Below, piece after piece: positions 50,701 to 63,881 of a stretch of 63,881 nt of DNA; position 1 is the first letter of the stretch; each line of letters opens with the position of its first letter. The position numbers and the translations under genes were made by a program. The DNA is from Gracilinanus agilis (Eukaryota). Under the pieces are notes generated by a model that was given only the letters and a program-made list of their open reading frames with translations, had not been told where the DNA came from and made no database searches. The stretch covers positions 696,605,427 through 696,669,307 of the forward strand of contig NC_058130.1 of assembly GCF_016433145.1 (NCBI RefSeq), read 5' to 3'.

Positions 50701-51869
50701 AGGGGGAACAACAACAAGATAGTTATGTACAAACAAGGTACATACAGGAAAAACTGGAGTTCCCTGATGTTTCAGATGAGGAAGGCCCCAAAAGACAATG
50801 ACTTACCCAAGGCCACACAAGTGGTATTGCAGCAAATTAGAGGTTTAAAGCCAAATCCTGCAACTCCCAATCCTAGGCTATAGGTAAGCGATTATTCTGG
50901 GTGAGTGAAGATCTGTTCCCCTGGCAAGGAGCCTTCAGGAAAATCTGCTTCTTCCCTTCTCTTATTTGGTAAGGATGCTCTTTGTATGTAGATAAATCAT
51001 TCTAGTGAAGACTTTATAGGAATGGGGAAACAGGTGTATGAATTGGTATTCACTGGTGTATTCTTTGTTGCTTTTTTGGGGGAAGAGAGAGATTAGTTTC
51101 TGTCCTTTTGGAATCTTCTCTACTTTTAGAGATGGTGATAGGTAGGTCAAGTAGTATTGAGGCAATTAGGTGATGCTGCGGATAGAGTAGTAGTCTTGGA
51201 GTCAGAAAGACCTGAGTTCAAATTGAGTCTCAGACACTAGTTGGGTGGCCCTGAATAATACACATAATCTTTCTTAACCTCAGTTTCCTCATTCTTATGA
51301 GAATAATAGGGGAAAACTAGATTTCTCAGTGGATTGAGAGCCAGGCATAAAAATGGGAGGTCCTGGGTTCATATCTGGTTTATATCATATACTTCCTAGC
51401 TGTATGACCCTGGACAAATTACTTAACCCCCTTTGCCTACCTCTTACTGCTTTTCTGCCTTGGAACCAGTATACAATATTGATTCTAAGATGGAAGGTAA
51501 GGGTTTAAAAAAAGTGAGAATAATAGTGGGTTGTTATAGGGATCAAATAATTTGTTGGGTGCTTTGCAAACCTTAAAGCCTTTTATAAATGCTTGCTCTG
51601 ATGATTACTTCATTTGATATTTAGATTAAAAGTACAACTGAGCAAGGCCCTGCATCCAGATATTTTCCTCTAAGGCAAATTTCTCATCTTACAATTTCCT
51701 ATGGATTATCTTCTTTCTTTTACTGTCTAGTTACTGGAATCATCCAGTGGGCACATGGGATGTCCTGGAGGGTTTATGGAGGACTAACATCTCAGTTTTG
51801 AGGGCTTGCCAAGTCCTTTTCAGGTCTACTCATCCACCTACTCTTACCTCTATCTCCAAGAAACTATAG

Positions 51870-52300
51870 CATGCACAGTGGCTGCATCTTGGTAAAACCA
51901 TCTGAGCAAGCAGGCTAAACAAGGTTGAGGGTAACTGATGAGTCTCCAGACCTGTCAGTGAATTAGAGAGATGACTACCCCAAGCATGTGAAGACTTCCC
52001 CCACTGGAAAGGGTAGAAGAAAAGAATTCATTCCAGTGACCATGAAGGTGGCTGAAGCAGGTGCTATGGCATACTTAGAGCCTGGCCAGACTTTGAAGAT
52101 GCCAAGGTCATCCACTTCATTGTGGGTCATCACTGGTCCCCCTGACTTTTGTCTTGCCACTGAACTTGGATCACTCTAGACAAGAGAGTGAGGCTGACAA
52201 CTTTGTGCAACTCTGCCTCATTTAAATCTGATTCGCACTCGAGTCAAGACATCACCCTGTGACATCTTTGGCCCTCTTTGAAACCAAAGGATGAACAACT
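51870..52300 (+). mobile_element. RTE-related marsupial element (WALLSI4-like)
   Basis: Ends gaaaccaaaggatgaacaac (RTE-type tail); homologous to 26926-27420 in the opposite orientation. Confidence 0.6.
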
Positions 52301-53950
52301 GGAATCATCCACTTTATAACTGATTTCCCATATCTGAGCTGTCCCAAAGAGAAAATCAGGTAGTTACTTCCTTGTACTGGAGGTCCTCAAGTAAAGGCCA
52401 CACAAGCCACTTTATAGGACTGTTGTAGTGGAGGATTCCTGTTCATATTCATATAGAAGTTAGAATAAAGGATGGTCCAAAGGCCCTTCTAGCTTTTAGA
52501 TTCTATAGGGAGAGAGTACCAGAATCTGGAGAATGGCTTAAAGAGACGGAAAGAAGATGGGGAAAGTTGGCTAGAGGTAGATGATGGAAGATGATGAGGT
52601 AGAATGGAGAAGATAAGCTGAGAAACCTGTCAGGAACTTTCTCAGGGAATCCCTGAGGCCAAGTGAGTATCATATCTCCTTCCTATGGCCATTCTGTTCA
52701 AGCCTTTGCCTATGATGACTTTTGGTTCATGGTTTTACCTGCTTTCTGTCTATTTTGGAAAGACTGATCCCCATCTTACCTTTGTCCCCCCACTTTAGAG
52801 AGAGTCAGAGTTGTATAGTTAGTTGAAAAACATTAGATTTATTGCTAGTAAGTCTAGACTTGTGTTTCAGCTCTGACACTTCTAACAGTAGTGTCAGATG
52901 TGTCAGGACAGATGTAGGACACCAGGCAAATCCCTTCCCATCTGGGAGCCTCAGCTTCCTCATTTGTACAAGGGGGTTGTGCTATTTGAAATGCCTAGAG
53001 TTGTTGTGAGCAGAGAGCCCTTTGGAAGCTGACAGGCTCTTTAAAAAGGTAAGGGGAGCCAGTGATGTTATCACTGCCATCTTTGCTCAGACAGGGGAAG
53101 CCTGCCTTGTGTCCTTTTGTATCAGGTGTTCCAGCCATTACTCTCTGCAGATGCCCCTCACTCTGTGTGGTCCTAATGATGACAGGCTCTTTGAGTGGAT
53201 GGTTTGGCTTCACTGGACCATTTGACAAGCTGTAAAAGAAAGACAGATGTGCAAGAACTTATGGTTCTTCTGCAGGATACAGAATGGAGGAAAGAAGGTC
53301 CTTATTGTCTATCATACATGTACACAGTCTTGTGTATCCACAGATTCTTCCCCATTCTGTTGCCTTGCTTTTCTTTCTGTTGCCTGGTCATTCTCCCATG
53401 CATGTGACTGTGGCCTTGCCTTCATGAGGTACCACTTCTTTTCCTGTTGACCCCCACAATTTGCCTCTCTGCTACTGACAGTATTGTGCCCATAGGCTGC
53501 ATGCCTATAGGCCTCTCAAGCTGAGGTTATCTTTTCTTTTTCTTCTTTAAAAAACCATTACCTTCTGCCTTAGTATCAATTTTTTAAAAGAAATGAAAAA
53601 TAAATAATAAAATAAATAAAATAAAAATAAATAAAAATTAAAAATTAAAAAAAATTAAAACCCTTACCTTCCATCTTAGAATCAATTGTGTATTGGCTAG
53701 TTGTAGTAAGATCTAGACAAGGTTGTGACTTGCTTAGGGTCACATAGCTGGGAAATGTTTGAGGTCAGATTTGAACCCAGGTCTTTCAGACTCCAAGCCT
53801 GGCACTCTATCCACTGTGCTGCCTAGTCTCCCCTTAATCATATTTTGAGTGCCAACCTCAGCCACAGTGGCATTATTCATCATTATTGTCATCGTTGCAA
53901 TTGTTACTACAATTCCTATTCAATCCAACTCTTATTTTTATACCAACTTT

Positions 53951-54151
53951 TTTTTTTTTAAACTCTTACCTTCCATCTTGGAGTCAATACTGTGTATTGG
54001 CTCCAAGGCAGAAGGGTGGTAAGGGTAGGCAATGGGGGTCAAGTAACTTGCCCAGGGTCACACAGCTGGGAAGTGTCTGAGGGCAGATTTGAACCTAGGA
54101 CCTCCCATCTCTAGGCCTGGCTCTCAATCCACTGAGCTACTCAGCTGCCCC
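53951..54151 (-). mobile_element. Young opossum-type SINE, full length
   Basis: TSD tttataccaacttt at 53937-53950 and 54152-54165. Confidence 0.9.
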
Positions 54152-55377
54152 TTTATACCAACTTTAAATTACTACTGTCCTCACAGCAATACCTGAAAGC
54201 TAGATAGGGCAACAATTTACCTCTGTTTTATAGATGGGGAAACTGAGGCTTAGAATAGGTAATAAGGCTAATTTATTTTAGAATCTAGCAAGGATAGTTC
54301 GGAGATGATAGATTCAGGGCTGAAGAGGACCTTCAGGGCCATCTGATCCAACCCCCTCGTATAGATGAGGCAGCTGAACCTTGAGAAAGTTTGAGACTTG
54401 CCATAGTCACCCAGATAATAGGGGCCTTTGAAAACTCCAGGATTCAAATCCAGTTGTTCTAGCTCCAGAGTTCAGGACTCTTTCCCCTTTCCTCCTTTGC
54501 TACCTGGTTCAACAGAGATGAAGGGAGGGCTAAGGCTTGGGTAAAGTGGGGGAATGATCATGGCCAAGCTACAGGGTACTGGGTGCACCTGATACATTAG
54601 ATGCATTTGGGAGAATAGTGAGAAATAAGAAACAGTGAAATCCTGTTTGTATGGTGCTTTCTAAGTCAACAAAGCACTTTATTTCCAGTTAGCTTATTGG
54701 ATATTCCCAACAACCTCATGGGAGGGGTATCATAACTATTACTGTTGCTTTTTTAGTGATGATTTTTAATGATTTGGGCTTAAAGGAAAGGAGTAATACG
54801 TGTAAGCTCACATAGGAGTCGTTGTCAGTGCCAGGGCCACAGCCAGCTCTTCTGATTCATTGAGCACAACTTTTTTGTCAATTCTCTTCTTTCTCATGTC
54901 TAGTACCATTGACTTACATGTGCCTAATCAATGTTGGTTTGATAAGTGTTTGCTTTTGAATGAAAGAGGGATTAGAAACTAGAGTTGGCTGGACTTTAGG
55001 GATCATCCAGTCCAGTAGCTCTTAATGTTTTTTTATTTCCCAAAACCTTTTCAACAACCACCACAAAAATGCATTGTGAACCCTCAAGGCAATTTAATAA
55101 ACTCCTCATAGTATTCTGCAGGCATTTATTGTTGAAGATACATTAAAGGAGCTTAGTGTAAACCCCTGGGACCATTGTTGTAAACCCCCAAGGTCCTCTA
55201 AATGGGGACCACAGTTTAGTCTACCTGATGCTTGAATAGAAATTCCTTTATCCTTCCAACCCTGTAAGCCTTTATTGAGAACTGAGAACTAATTACTGAA
55301 TCCTTAGGGGGTAGGTACAAAAAAAGATCAGAATGCCATCTCTACCACTAAGCATCTCACATTTTAAGATGGAATTC

Positions 55378-55580
55378 AGGGACAGCTAGGTGGCTAGTGG
55401 ATAGAGCTTCAGGTCTGAAGATGGGAGGACCTAGATTCAAATCTGGCCTCAGGTACTTTCTAGCTGTGTGATCTTGGGCAAGTCATTTAACCCCAGCTGC
55501 CTATCCCTTACTACTCTTCTACCTTGGAAACAATATTCAGTATTGATTCTAAGAGGGTAAGGGTTTTTCCAAAAAAATAA
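55378..55580 (+). mobile_element. Opossum-type SINE
   Basis: gggacagctaggtggctagtggatagag...gattcaaatc...gattctaagagggtaagggtttt plus A tail. Confidence 0.8.
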
Positions 55581-55679
55581 AAAGAAGACAATGTGCAATG
55601 CAAATATAATATATATACAGTACCCTATAAATGGTCGTTTATCTCAGAAGAAAGATACTAACCAAAGGTGAACTTTGAG

Positions 55680-56310
55680 CTAATTCTTGGAGAAAGCCAG
55701 GTGGTGAAGATGAGTAGGAGGCACATTCCAGGCATGAGGGACCACCAGCCAAAAAGCTCTAAATCAGAGATGGAATGGGGTGTTAGAGGAACAGCAAGAA
55801 GGCCAGTGTCATTGAATCAAAGAGTACTTGGAGGATAATCATATTTAAAAGAACCTGGAAAAAAGGAAGAGAGTAAGGTTGTAAAGGGCTTTAAAAGTCA
55901 AATGAAGGAATTTATATTTGACCCTGGAGGTAAGAGGGAGCCACTGGAATTTATTGATCAGAGGAATGATATCTTCCAATGTCTTCTTTTAGAAAACCAC
56001 TTTGGCTGCTGAGTGCAAAATGGATCAGAATAGGGGGAGACTAGACTAGAAGCAAGAAGACTAATTATTGCAGTAGACCAGGAATGAGATAGTGAAGGCC
56101 TAAACCCAGGGCAGTGATGGTACAAGTAGAGATGGATACTTTACATACCATGAAGATAGAGGCAACACAATTTGCCAGCAAATTGGATTGGACAGAGGAT
56201 CAAATCAGATAATAGATTGTACTGAGAAGTAATGTCCTCTGGGCTTAGGAGCCTTAAGATGGAAAGTTGCCACTGTGCAACTTAGGGTATTGCTTTTCTT
56301 TCTCCTTTCA
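55680..56310 (-). mobile_element. L2 fragment
   Basis: gaactttgagct...attccaggcatgagggacc...gtaaagggctttaaaagtcaa...gagccactggaattt. Confidence 0.7.
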
Positions 56311-56629
56311 GTGTCAGCACAGTATGGTGGAAATAGTGTTGGACTTGGAGTCTTGAGAGACCTGGGTTTGAATCTTTTCTCTGACACTTAGTAGCTGTGT
56401 GACTGCGTAATCCACTGAAGTTGACACAATAAACATTTTTATTAAGTGTGTCCTATGTGCTAAATGCTGTGGCTAAAATGAAAAAGGCAAAGAACAAGAC
56501 AAAACCCTCCAAACTTCTCAAAATCAAACTAAAAAAAACAGAGCATGTGAAGAATTCCATGAGGTGACTGTTGAAGACATTATTATTTCCACTTTTATAA
56601 ATGAATAAACTGAGGCTCTAAGAGCTTAA

Positions 56630-57980
56630 GTGGTTAGTCTCTCTGCCTCAATTCCCTTCCTCTCCATTCCATCCTGTACATAGTGGCCAAATTGATTCTC
56701 TCAAGTGACAAGTCTGACCGTGTCACCCTGAGATGCCTCTCCCCTCCCCCCACTTCCCTATATTCATTAGACTCCATTGATTCCCTCTTAGGTAGCTAAG
56801 TGGTGAAATAGCTAGAACACACTGGATTCCATTGGGATATAATCTTGGGCATTTTCTAGCTGTGAGACACTGGGCAAATTACTGGACTTCTATAAAAATG
56901 GAGAAAATAGAACACTTCCAAGGATCATTGTAAGAATAGAATGAGATAATATTTATAAAGTGCCTTGTAAACCTTAAAGTGCCATGTAAATGCTAGCTAT
57001 TAATATAACATCTGGGCAGCTAGGTGGTACAGTAGATGGAGTAACAGGGCTAGAGTCAAGAAGACTCATCTTCCAGAGTTCAAGAAGCCCTCAGATACTA
57101 GCTGTGTGATGCTGGACAAGTCACTTAACTCTGCCTCAGTTTCCTCATTTGTAAAATAGGCTAGAGAAAGGAAATAGTAAAAGAAAACCTCAATTGGTGT
57201 CATAGAGAGTTGGACATGAAAGAAACTACTGAACAACAATAATAAAAATATTTACATCCAGGATCAAATAGAAAATCTTGTTTGGACTTTGAAACCCCTT
57301 ATAACTTAGCCTCTTCCTACATTATCAGTCTTGTTACACCTGCTTCCTTCTACATTCTTTTTGATCCAGGGACACTGACCTTCTGGATGTTCTTGACATA
57401 CAATATTCTGTCTCCTGATACCAGGCTTTTTCTTTGGCTATCCCTCATGCCTAGAATGTTCTTCTTCCTCATCTCTACCTCTTAGCTTCCCTGGCTTCCT
57501 TCAAATCTCAGCTAAAGTCTCACTTTACAAGAAGCCTTTCCAGTGGGGCAGCTGAGTAGCACAAGTGGATAGAGAACCAGGTCTAGAGTCAGAAGAACCT
57601 ATTTGGTCTCAGAGACTTCCTAGTTGTGTGATCCTGGGCAAGTCACTTAATCCTGTTTGCCTAGCCCTTGCCCTTCCGTCTTAAGAGTTGTTCCTAAGAA
57701 AGAAAATAAGGGTTAAAAAAAAAAAAAAACAACTCCTAAAGAAGCCTTTCTACCTCCTTAGTATGAGTACCTTCCCTCTGAGACAGCTCTCTTATTCTGC
57801 ATATTTGCACAAAGTTGCTTGCTTGTTTCCTCCTCATTTTAGATTGTGAGCTCCTCAAGAGCATGGATTGTTTTTTTTGTTTTTATATTTTTTCCTTTTT
57901 TTTTCTTTTTGAATCCCCAGTGCTTATCATAGTGCCTGACCCATAGGAGGAACTTAAGTGTTAGTCAGTACTGACTGATT
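56630..57980 (+). mobile_element. L2 3' region interrupted by MIR, MAR1 and a young SINE
   Basis: L2 text at 56630-56790, 57250-57540 and 57750-57970; SINE 57545-57738 has TSD aagaagcctttc (57529-57540, 57739-57750). Confidence 0.75.
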
Positions 57981-59737
57981 GAAAGGCTCCCATCAAAGAG
58001 GGAGAAGATTTCTCTGTGGTTCCCAGGGCAGAACTAGGAACAGCACCTAATGAAATAGATAGATAGATTCTAGCTCTCTTGAATGAAATTCCTCAATTGG
58101 GTAGCAAAAGTGGCTCAGTGGATAGAGTACCAGGCTTAGAGACAGGATGTTCTGGGTTCAAATATGGCTTTAGACACTTTCTAGCTATGTGATTACCACT
58201 GGGCAAGTCACTTAACCCCAATTACCTAGTCCTTACAGCTCTTCTGCCTTGGAACCAATACCTAGTATTGCTTCTAAACCAGAAGGCAAGGGTTTAAAAA
58301 GATTTCCTGACTATTAGATTTCAGTTTCTATGGTATGGGGTTCATAAGCTTCTGTGCCTATAGATATTCAAATTAAGGGGGTAGCATCACTGAATAATAG
58401 AATGTTGGTATCATCAGAGAACTGGTTTTGAATCCTCCTTATGATTAGCATTTATTCAGGAGTGGAAAGACTTGGATTTGAAATCTGAGGGCCCAGGATC
58501 AAATTGTAGGGCATAGAATGCTCTACTCTGAATCAGGGAGACCTAGATTCGGATCGCCTCCCTGACATAGGCAAGTAAGTCACTTCATCTCAGTGATCCT
58601 CCGTTCCCTCATCTCGAAAATGAGGCTAATAATACCTTGCAGAGTAGTTTGTAGAGTCAAAAGAAAAAATGTCTATAAAATGCTTGGCAAACTTTAAAGT
58701 GCTTTAGAAACGTCAGCAATTATTATTATTATAATGTATTTAAAGTGCTTTGCCTCCATAAAATGCTATATAAATGTCAGGAAGCATCTAGAAAAAATGA
58801 GGTAGAGGTTTTACTGTTTTGGCAATTAAATTGATCTCATGGAGAATTTCCCTCCTTTCGGTGGCTTCTGTAAGGGGTTAGAGCCAGGTCACTTCCCTAT
58901 GGAGGACAGGGTGGCCTGGAGATGGGAGCCCCTCTCTCTTCTGTGGCCTTGGCCCTCCCGTTGTGAGTTAGGTCAGGTCATCAGCTGGGAAAAGCCCAAT
59001 CCTAGGCCTCCTGGGTAATTCCCAGCTGCCCCTGAGAGGCTTCTAAAATAAACACTGTTTGAGGAAGGGCTGCCAAATATTCAGGGTCTGAACTTCCAGA
59101 TGCTCTTTTCACCTCTTTGGGGGGAAGGAAAGAGAGAAGGAATAATTTCAGCAGGGTTGAAGGTTTGAGGGGCAGGAGGTGTTATGGTTTATTTTATATA
59201 TTTCTATGTAATAGGAGTGTCCTTGGGTGAAACACAGGCTGGGTTGGGAAAGCATTTCTTTTTAAAGGTAGAACTTTGTGACTTAAAGGTTCAGATTTCA
59301 GATGGGCAGAGAGTTTACTTAAAGTGTCACTTTAAAAAATATTTCTGATTAAAAATTCAAACTTAGGGAACTGATCTTTCATTGAATCCTAGGATATTTC
59401 AACTAAAAGGCCCTTTAGAAATCTCCCTGAAAATGACTTCTAAACCTGTATATCCAGTCTCTTTATCTCTCCTGAGCTCCATTCTCACATTAACACTATC
59501 TGCTGGTCATCCTTGCTTTGTGCTCCTTTAGGCATCTTAACTTCAACATGTACAAAATGGAACCTATTAAATTTCCTTCTAAATTCATCCCTACCCCAAT
59601 TTTCCTCTCTCTGTTGAGTGCATCATTGTGACCTTGGAGTCATCCTTGAGTCTTCTCTCTCCCCTATCTTTTCATATCTTTTTGGTTGCCAGGTTTTATA
59701 GTTTCTCCCTCCCACTGTCTTCTTTTCTCTATTTTTT

Positions 59738-59917
59738 TTTAACCCTTGTACTTCGGTGTATTGTCTCATTAGGTGGAAGAGTGGTAAGGGTGGGCAATGG
59801 GGGTCAAGTGACTTGCCCAGGGTCACAAAGCTGGGAAGTGGCTGAGGCCAGGTTTGAACCTAGGACCTCCTGTCTCTAGGCCTGACTCTCACTCCACTGA
59901 GCTACCCAGCTGCCCCC
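59738..59917 (-). mobile_element. Young short-form SINE (SINE1_Mdo-like) inserted in an L2 fragment (~59400-60220)
   Basis: 16-bp TSD cttttctctatttttt at 59722-59737 and 59918-59933. Confidence 0.9.
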
Positions 59918-60599
59918 CTTTTCTCTATTTTTTAAAGCCATTGCCTCTTATCATCTCTTGCTTGGACAGTGATAAAAATCCATTACCAGGGCTTCTCTCT
60001 TTTAGTCTTTCACCTCTCTATTCTGTGGCTACATAGTGGCCACATTGATATTTTTATAACGCAGATCTGAATATGTTACTCTTCTCAGGAATTGTCAGGT
60101 TTTTTTTTTCTTTTGGGCAAATATCTTTCCAATTTTATCTTATATGACTTCCTTTTATGTACCAGCCTTTTACATGGTTCTTAATATAAAAGAGGTACTT
60201 AATACATGTTTGTTGACTTGCCTTTGTCTTAACCAGTCAAACTGGCCTGCTGGCTGTTCCCCATATATCATATAGTATTCTCTCTTTGGGCTTCTCTCTT
60301 CTCCTCCTCCCCACATTCACACTTGCAAATTGGGTTTCCTAGAGGATATTTCTGTTGGACCATATGCCTAAAACTGTAACTTACAAGCCCCTGCCATCAT
60401 ATTTGCCTTTAATAGTCAGGCATTTGACACAATTAGCTTAATGCAATGGCATTTACTCAAAACGGCAGAGCATGAATAGTAGTAACAAAACTTTCCTCCC
60501 TTAAATTTGGGACATATGCTCCCATAAAAAATGGCAGTGGAAAGAGTGTGATGGAACTGTTACCTTCTGGTTTTTGATTGTTGCACCTCTCTTAATTCT

Positions 60600-61265
60600 G
60601 TCTGAGGCCATGTTGATTTTTTTGGCTGTTGTGTCACAATATTAGTTCAGATTGAGCTTACTTTCGGTCCACAAAACCCCTTAGTTCCTTTTCAGATAAA
60701 TTACTTTCAGGCCATAATGCATTTGTGAAGTTGATTTTTTTAATTAAAATTTTTTTTTACTGAGTGAAATTAATTTTTTGAACCCAGGTGTGATATTTTA
60801 TTTATATTTATTTCTTAAAATTCATCTTATTTACTTTGGTCCCACATAACGAACTTTTGGGATCTTAAGTTCATTGTTTTAGCATTCCATATCTTTGTGT
60901 CATCTGCAGGTTTGAGGAGCATTTTACATGTATCTTTATCCAAGTCACTGATAAAAATGTTAAATACCACAAGACCAAGCCTAGATTCCTCACTGAGATC
61001 ATTCCACTGGAGACCTTCTTCTAATCTGATCTCAAATCATTAATGACTCTTTGGGTCTAACCATTCAACCAAACTCTATATCTACCTAATTGTATTATTG
61101 TATAGGGCATATTACTTATTTGAATAGTCTCTGAAACTTGATCAAATGCTATTTGAAATTAAGTCTACGTAGACTATTTCTTATAGGTGATCCCTGACTT
61201 ATCAGTCTAGTAAGTAACTCTGGCAAAAAGAGAAACCATATAGTTTGGTCTAACCTAGCTTGATG
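60600..61265 (-). mobile_element. L3/CR1 reverse-transcriptase fragment
   Basis: Reverse complement of gtgtcatctgcaggtttgaggagcatttta (~60898-60927) reads KMLLKPADDT, the degenerate xKFADDT RT catalytic motif. Confidence 0.7.
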
Positions 61266-61269
61266 AATG

Positions 61270-61520
61270 AACAGATAGATGGTACAATGGATAGAGTGCT
61301 GGGCCTGGAGGCAGCACTTCTTGATTTCAAATCTAGTTTTAGACACTTACTAGGTGTGTGACCCTGGGCAAGTCACTTAGCTCTGTTTGCTTTAGTTCTA
61401 TCATCTGTAAAATGAACTGGAGAAGGAAATAGCAAACCACTCCAGTATCTATTGCCAAGAAATCTCCAAATGGAGTCGTGAAGAGTTTGACATGACTGAA
61501 AAATGAGGGAACAACAATAT
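61270..61520 (+). mobile_element. MAR1-type SINE
   Basis: tRNA head, MIR core, tail ggagaaggaaatagcaaaccactccagtatctattgcc...tttgacatgactgaa. Confidence 0.8.
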
Positions 61521-63881
61521 AGCTTGATGAATTCATCCATGCTGGCTCATGAACCGTTTGTCACTTTTCTCAGTATTCACTAACTGTCCCTTTAATAGTT
61601 CAGGACTTTTGTCAGCAAAAGAAGTCAAGGTTATTATTTGAAGACTTTTTGTCCCCTCAATGACTTTTTAAAATTGGGACATTTGTTCTTTTTAAATTCT
61701 GTCCTATCTCTCCTGTGCTCAAGGATCTTTTAGAGATCACTGAAAGGTAACAGAGGAGCAATTTTGTGTTCTAGGTCTTTCAGTATCCAAGGAATTAGTT
61801 CATTTGAGGACAGCTTAAATGTTCTTATGTTATTTACCTTCTTATCCCTATTTAATCCACTGCTGGAATGCTCTTCTTCCTCATCCTCTGTCTTTAGAAA
61901 CCTTGTCTGTCTTCAGGGCACAAATTAGGTGACACTTCCTTCATTCTTCTAGTAGTTGGTGCTCTTGCCCTCCTCAGTTTTTTTTGGTACTATATTTGTG
62001 TGTTTGTGTGTATGTGTGTGTCTTGTGTATTTTCAGTACAATATAAACACCTTGAGGTCAGAGATATTCATTTTTTCCCTTCGTGTCTTCAGGGTCTTTA
62101 GTATCATAGTGCCATGCAAAGAGTAGGCATTTAATAAATGTTTGTTGAATATCTTGGCTGTCAGCTTTAGATTAGCCATGTTCCCTCTCCTCTTTCTAGT
62201 TCAGAGGTAATTCTCCTGAGAAAAAAATAGAAGATGAATTGGGCTGCTTAAGGCACTGAGGTTAGTTAGATGGTCACTTGTCCAGGATACTGAAGATGGG
62301 ATTATTGTTTGAGTAGTGGTTGGATTAGTTGACCCGAGTGGTCCCATTCAAGTATAAGATTGTCATTCTACCTAGTTCTGTTGCATGGCTACTCTATTTC
62401 TTCCCATCTAGCATCCTCAGAGCTCTATATCTCAAGCCAGGGAAAATTTGTATGGTAAGGTCATTGGTCAGCCTGGGCCCAGGGTTCTGGACAGACTTCT
62501 CTCTTAAACTGTACTATCTCCAGATGGATTATTCTGAACGTTGGCTGGAATAAAAGAACCTTTTCATAGTTCAGTTCATTCTTCTGAAATGGCAGTTTGT
62601 CAGGAGGAAGGGTGGAGGGGATTGGGGGGAGTTTGGGGATGGGATGATCAAGGCTGGAGGGAGGAAAGATGGGAAGATTTTTGCTTGGCAAGATGTGGGC
62701 TCTGCGAAGGAACGGAGTTAAAGGAGGTCAGCGAGTTTCCTGAGCCCCACCCATCTCTCTACTCCAAGCGTCAAGAACAAGCCGTCCTGGGCTGGAACGT
62801 ATCATTACTGCAGACAGGCTCACCCTGAGGGCAGGGAAGGGTGGGTTTGGCTCAAGATCAGAGGTCGGATTTGGGCAAGGGGGGCTGTGCCCCAGCCTGA
62901 GCAGGCCTTGGGGGAGACCACGTCCTCTCATGGGGCCCCACTCAGGTCTGGCTTGACTCCCAACTGCTGTATCAACATTTTACCCTTGTTTTCTGGGTCC
63001 TTGCTGTGTTGGCCATGGTAGTGGAGAAATTGTCTTCAGATATTCTTTCTCAATTTAGGTAGAACTTTTCAAGACTGGAGATTTCTAATGTATTCTGTGA
63101 CACCAGAATTAAGGAACCTGGTATCAAACCCCAACTTTGATACTGCAGAATAGTGTGTATGTGGGAGCATCTAAGATACCGAGTCTCCGTTTCTTCATTT
63201 GTAAAATGGGTATAATGAGAATCTTTGAGTTTTAGAAATCAATAGACCCTTATAACGTACAATATGAATTGGAAGGGAGCTTACATCATAGAATACAGAC
63301 TGCCAGAGCTAACAGGGGATTTAGTATTCATAACTTTAGGGCTGAAAGGAAATAAAGAACGTCAAGAGTTCTAGAGGAAATTCGAGATTATGTGGTATCC
63401 CCTCACCTCATTTAAAAGTTAGAAAATGAAGCATTGAGTAATGGGGTAGATTTTCCCAAGGTCACAGAGTAGTGAATAGCAGAGTTAGGATTAGTTAGAT
63501 TAGGATTGTGGAAGCTGTGTTCCCTCCAGTTTGGAGGAGGATAGAACAGAAGTGAATTGTAGAGGGGATTCCTGTTTAGATACAGGTTGGACTAGATGGA
63601 CTCTGAGGTTTCTTCTGGTGCTGAAATTTTATGAATGTCTTGCTAGCAGCATAGATCTGTAGTTCGAGAAGCACTTTGCAAAGAGTATAAAGAGCCATAG
63701 AGTTGGGGGTTATGGTGATTGTCATCATTATTGCCTTTTTCATTTCAGGGACTTCAGAAGGGGAGCTCACTGTCCTGCTAATCTATGCCCTCCTGCTCCC
63801 TCCTTCTCCCCACATTCCATCCTATTTCAGTATCTCTAGCTCCTGTCCTAAGCAACATCCTCTCTCCTAGAGTGTTGTAAC

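Noticed and set aside
58982-59028. Hairpin as a pre-miRNA
   Set aside because: Only 47 nt with no lower-stem extension; too short for Drosha processing.
63617-63625. REST/RE1 site (ttcagcacc on the minus strand)
   Set aside because: Left half only; the GGACAG right half is absent.
1-63881. CRISPR array, rRNA or prokaryotic-type system
   Set aside because: No regularly spaced repeat-spacer array or rRNA-like sequence; recurrent motifs are dispersed SINE/MIR copies in a mammalian genome.

Overview
Non-coding, repeat-dense mammalian genomic DNA. The repeat inventory (opossum-type tRNA-derived SINEs, MAR1, MIR, L2, L3/CR1, RTE, L1, class I ERV) points to a marsupial, most like Monodelphis domestica; this is inferred from recalled repeat consensus features, not from a database search. 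I cannot support any intact host protein-coding exon, and the ORF-track entries I could trace come from low-complexity DNA, CpG-island GC bias, N gaps or decayed transposons. The main host feature is a CpG-island promoter with a probable non-coding first exon at about 23.8-24.1 kb on the + strand. The gene cannot be identified, and the remaining ~40 kb looks like a long first intron. Smaller CpG-retaining, repeat-free blocks at 10.4-11.3, 17.4-17.9, 58.8-59.1 and 62.7-62.9 kb are candidate regulatory elements. The most unusual structure is a retroviral element (40272-42705, - strand) with one LTR, a leader and a partial gag, no pol/env/second LTR, yet a perfect 4-bp target-site duplication. 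Also present are two solo-LTR-like elements, a hAT MITE with intact TIRs and TSD, and an ORF1-only L1 segment ending in an mRNA-like AATAAA/poly(A). Two assembly gaps (12533-12689, 24246-24585) limit what can be seen. I found no clear novel biological system. Boundaries of old repeats are approximate unless a TSD is quoted.
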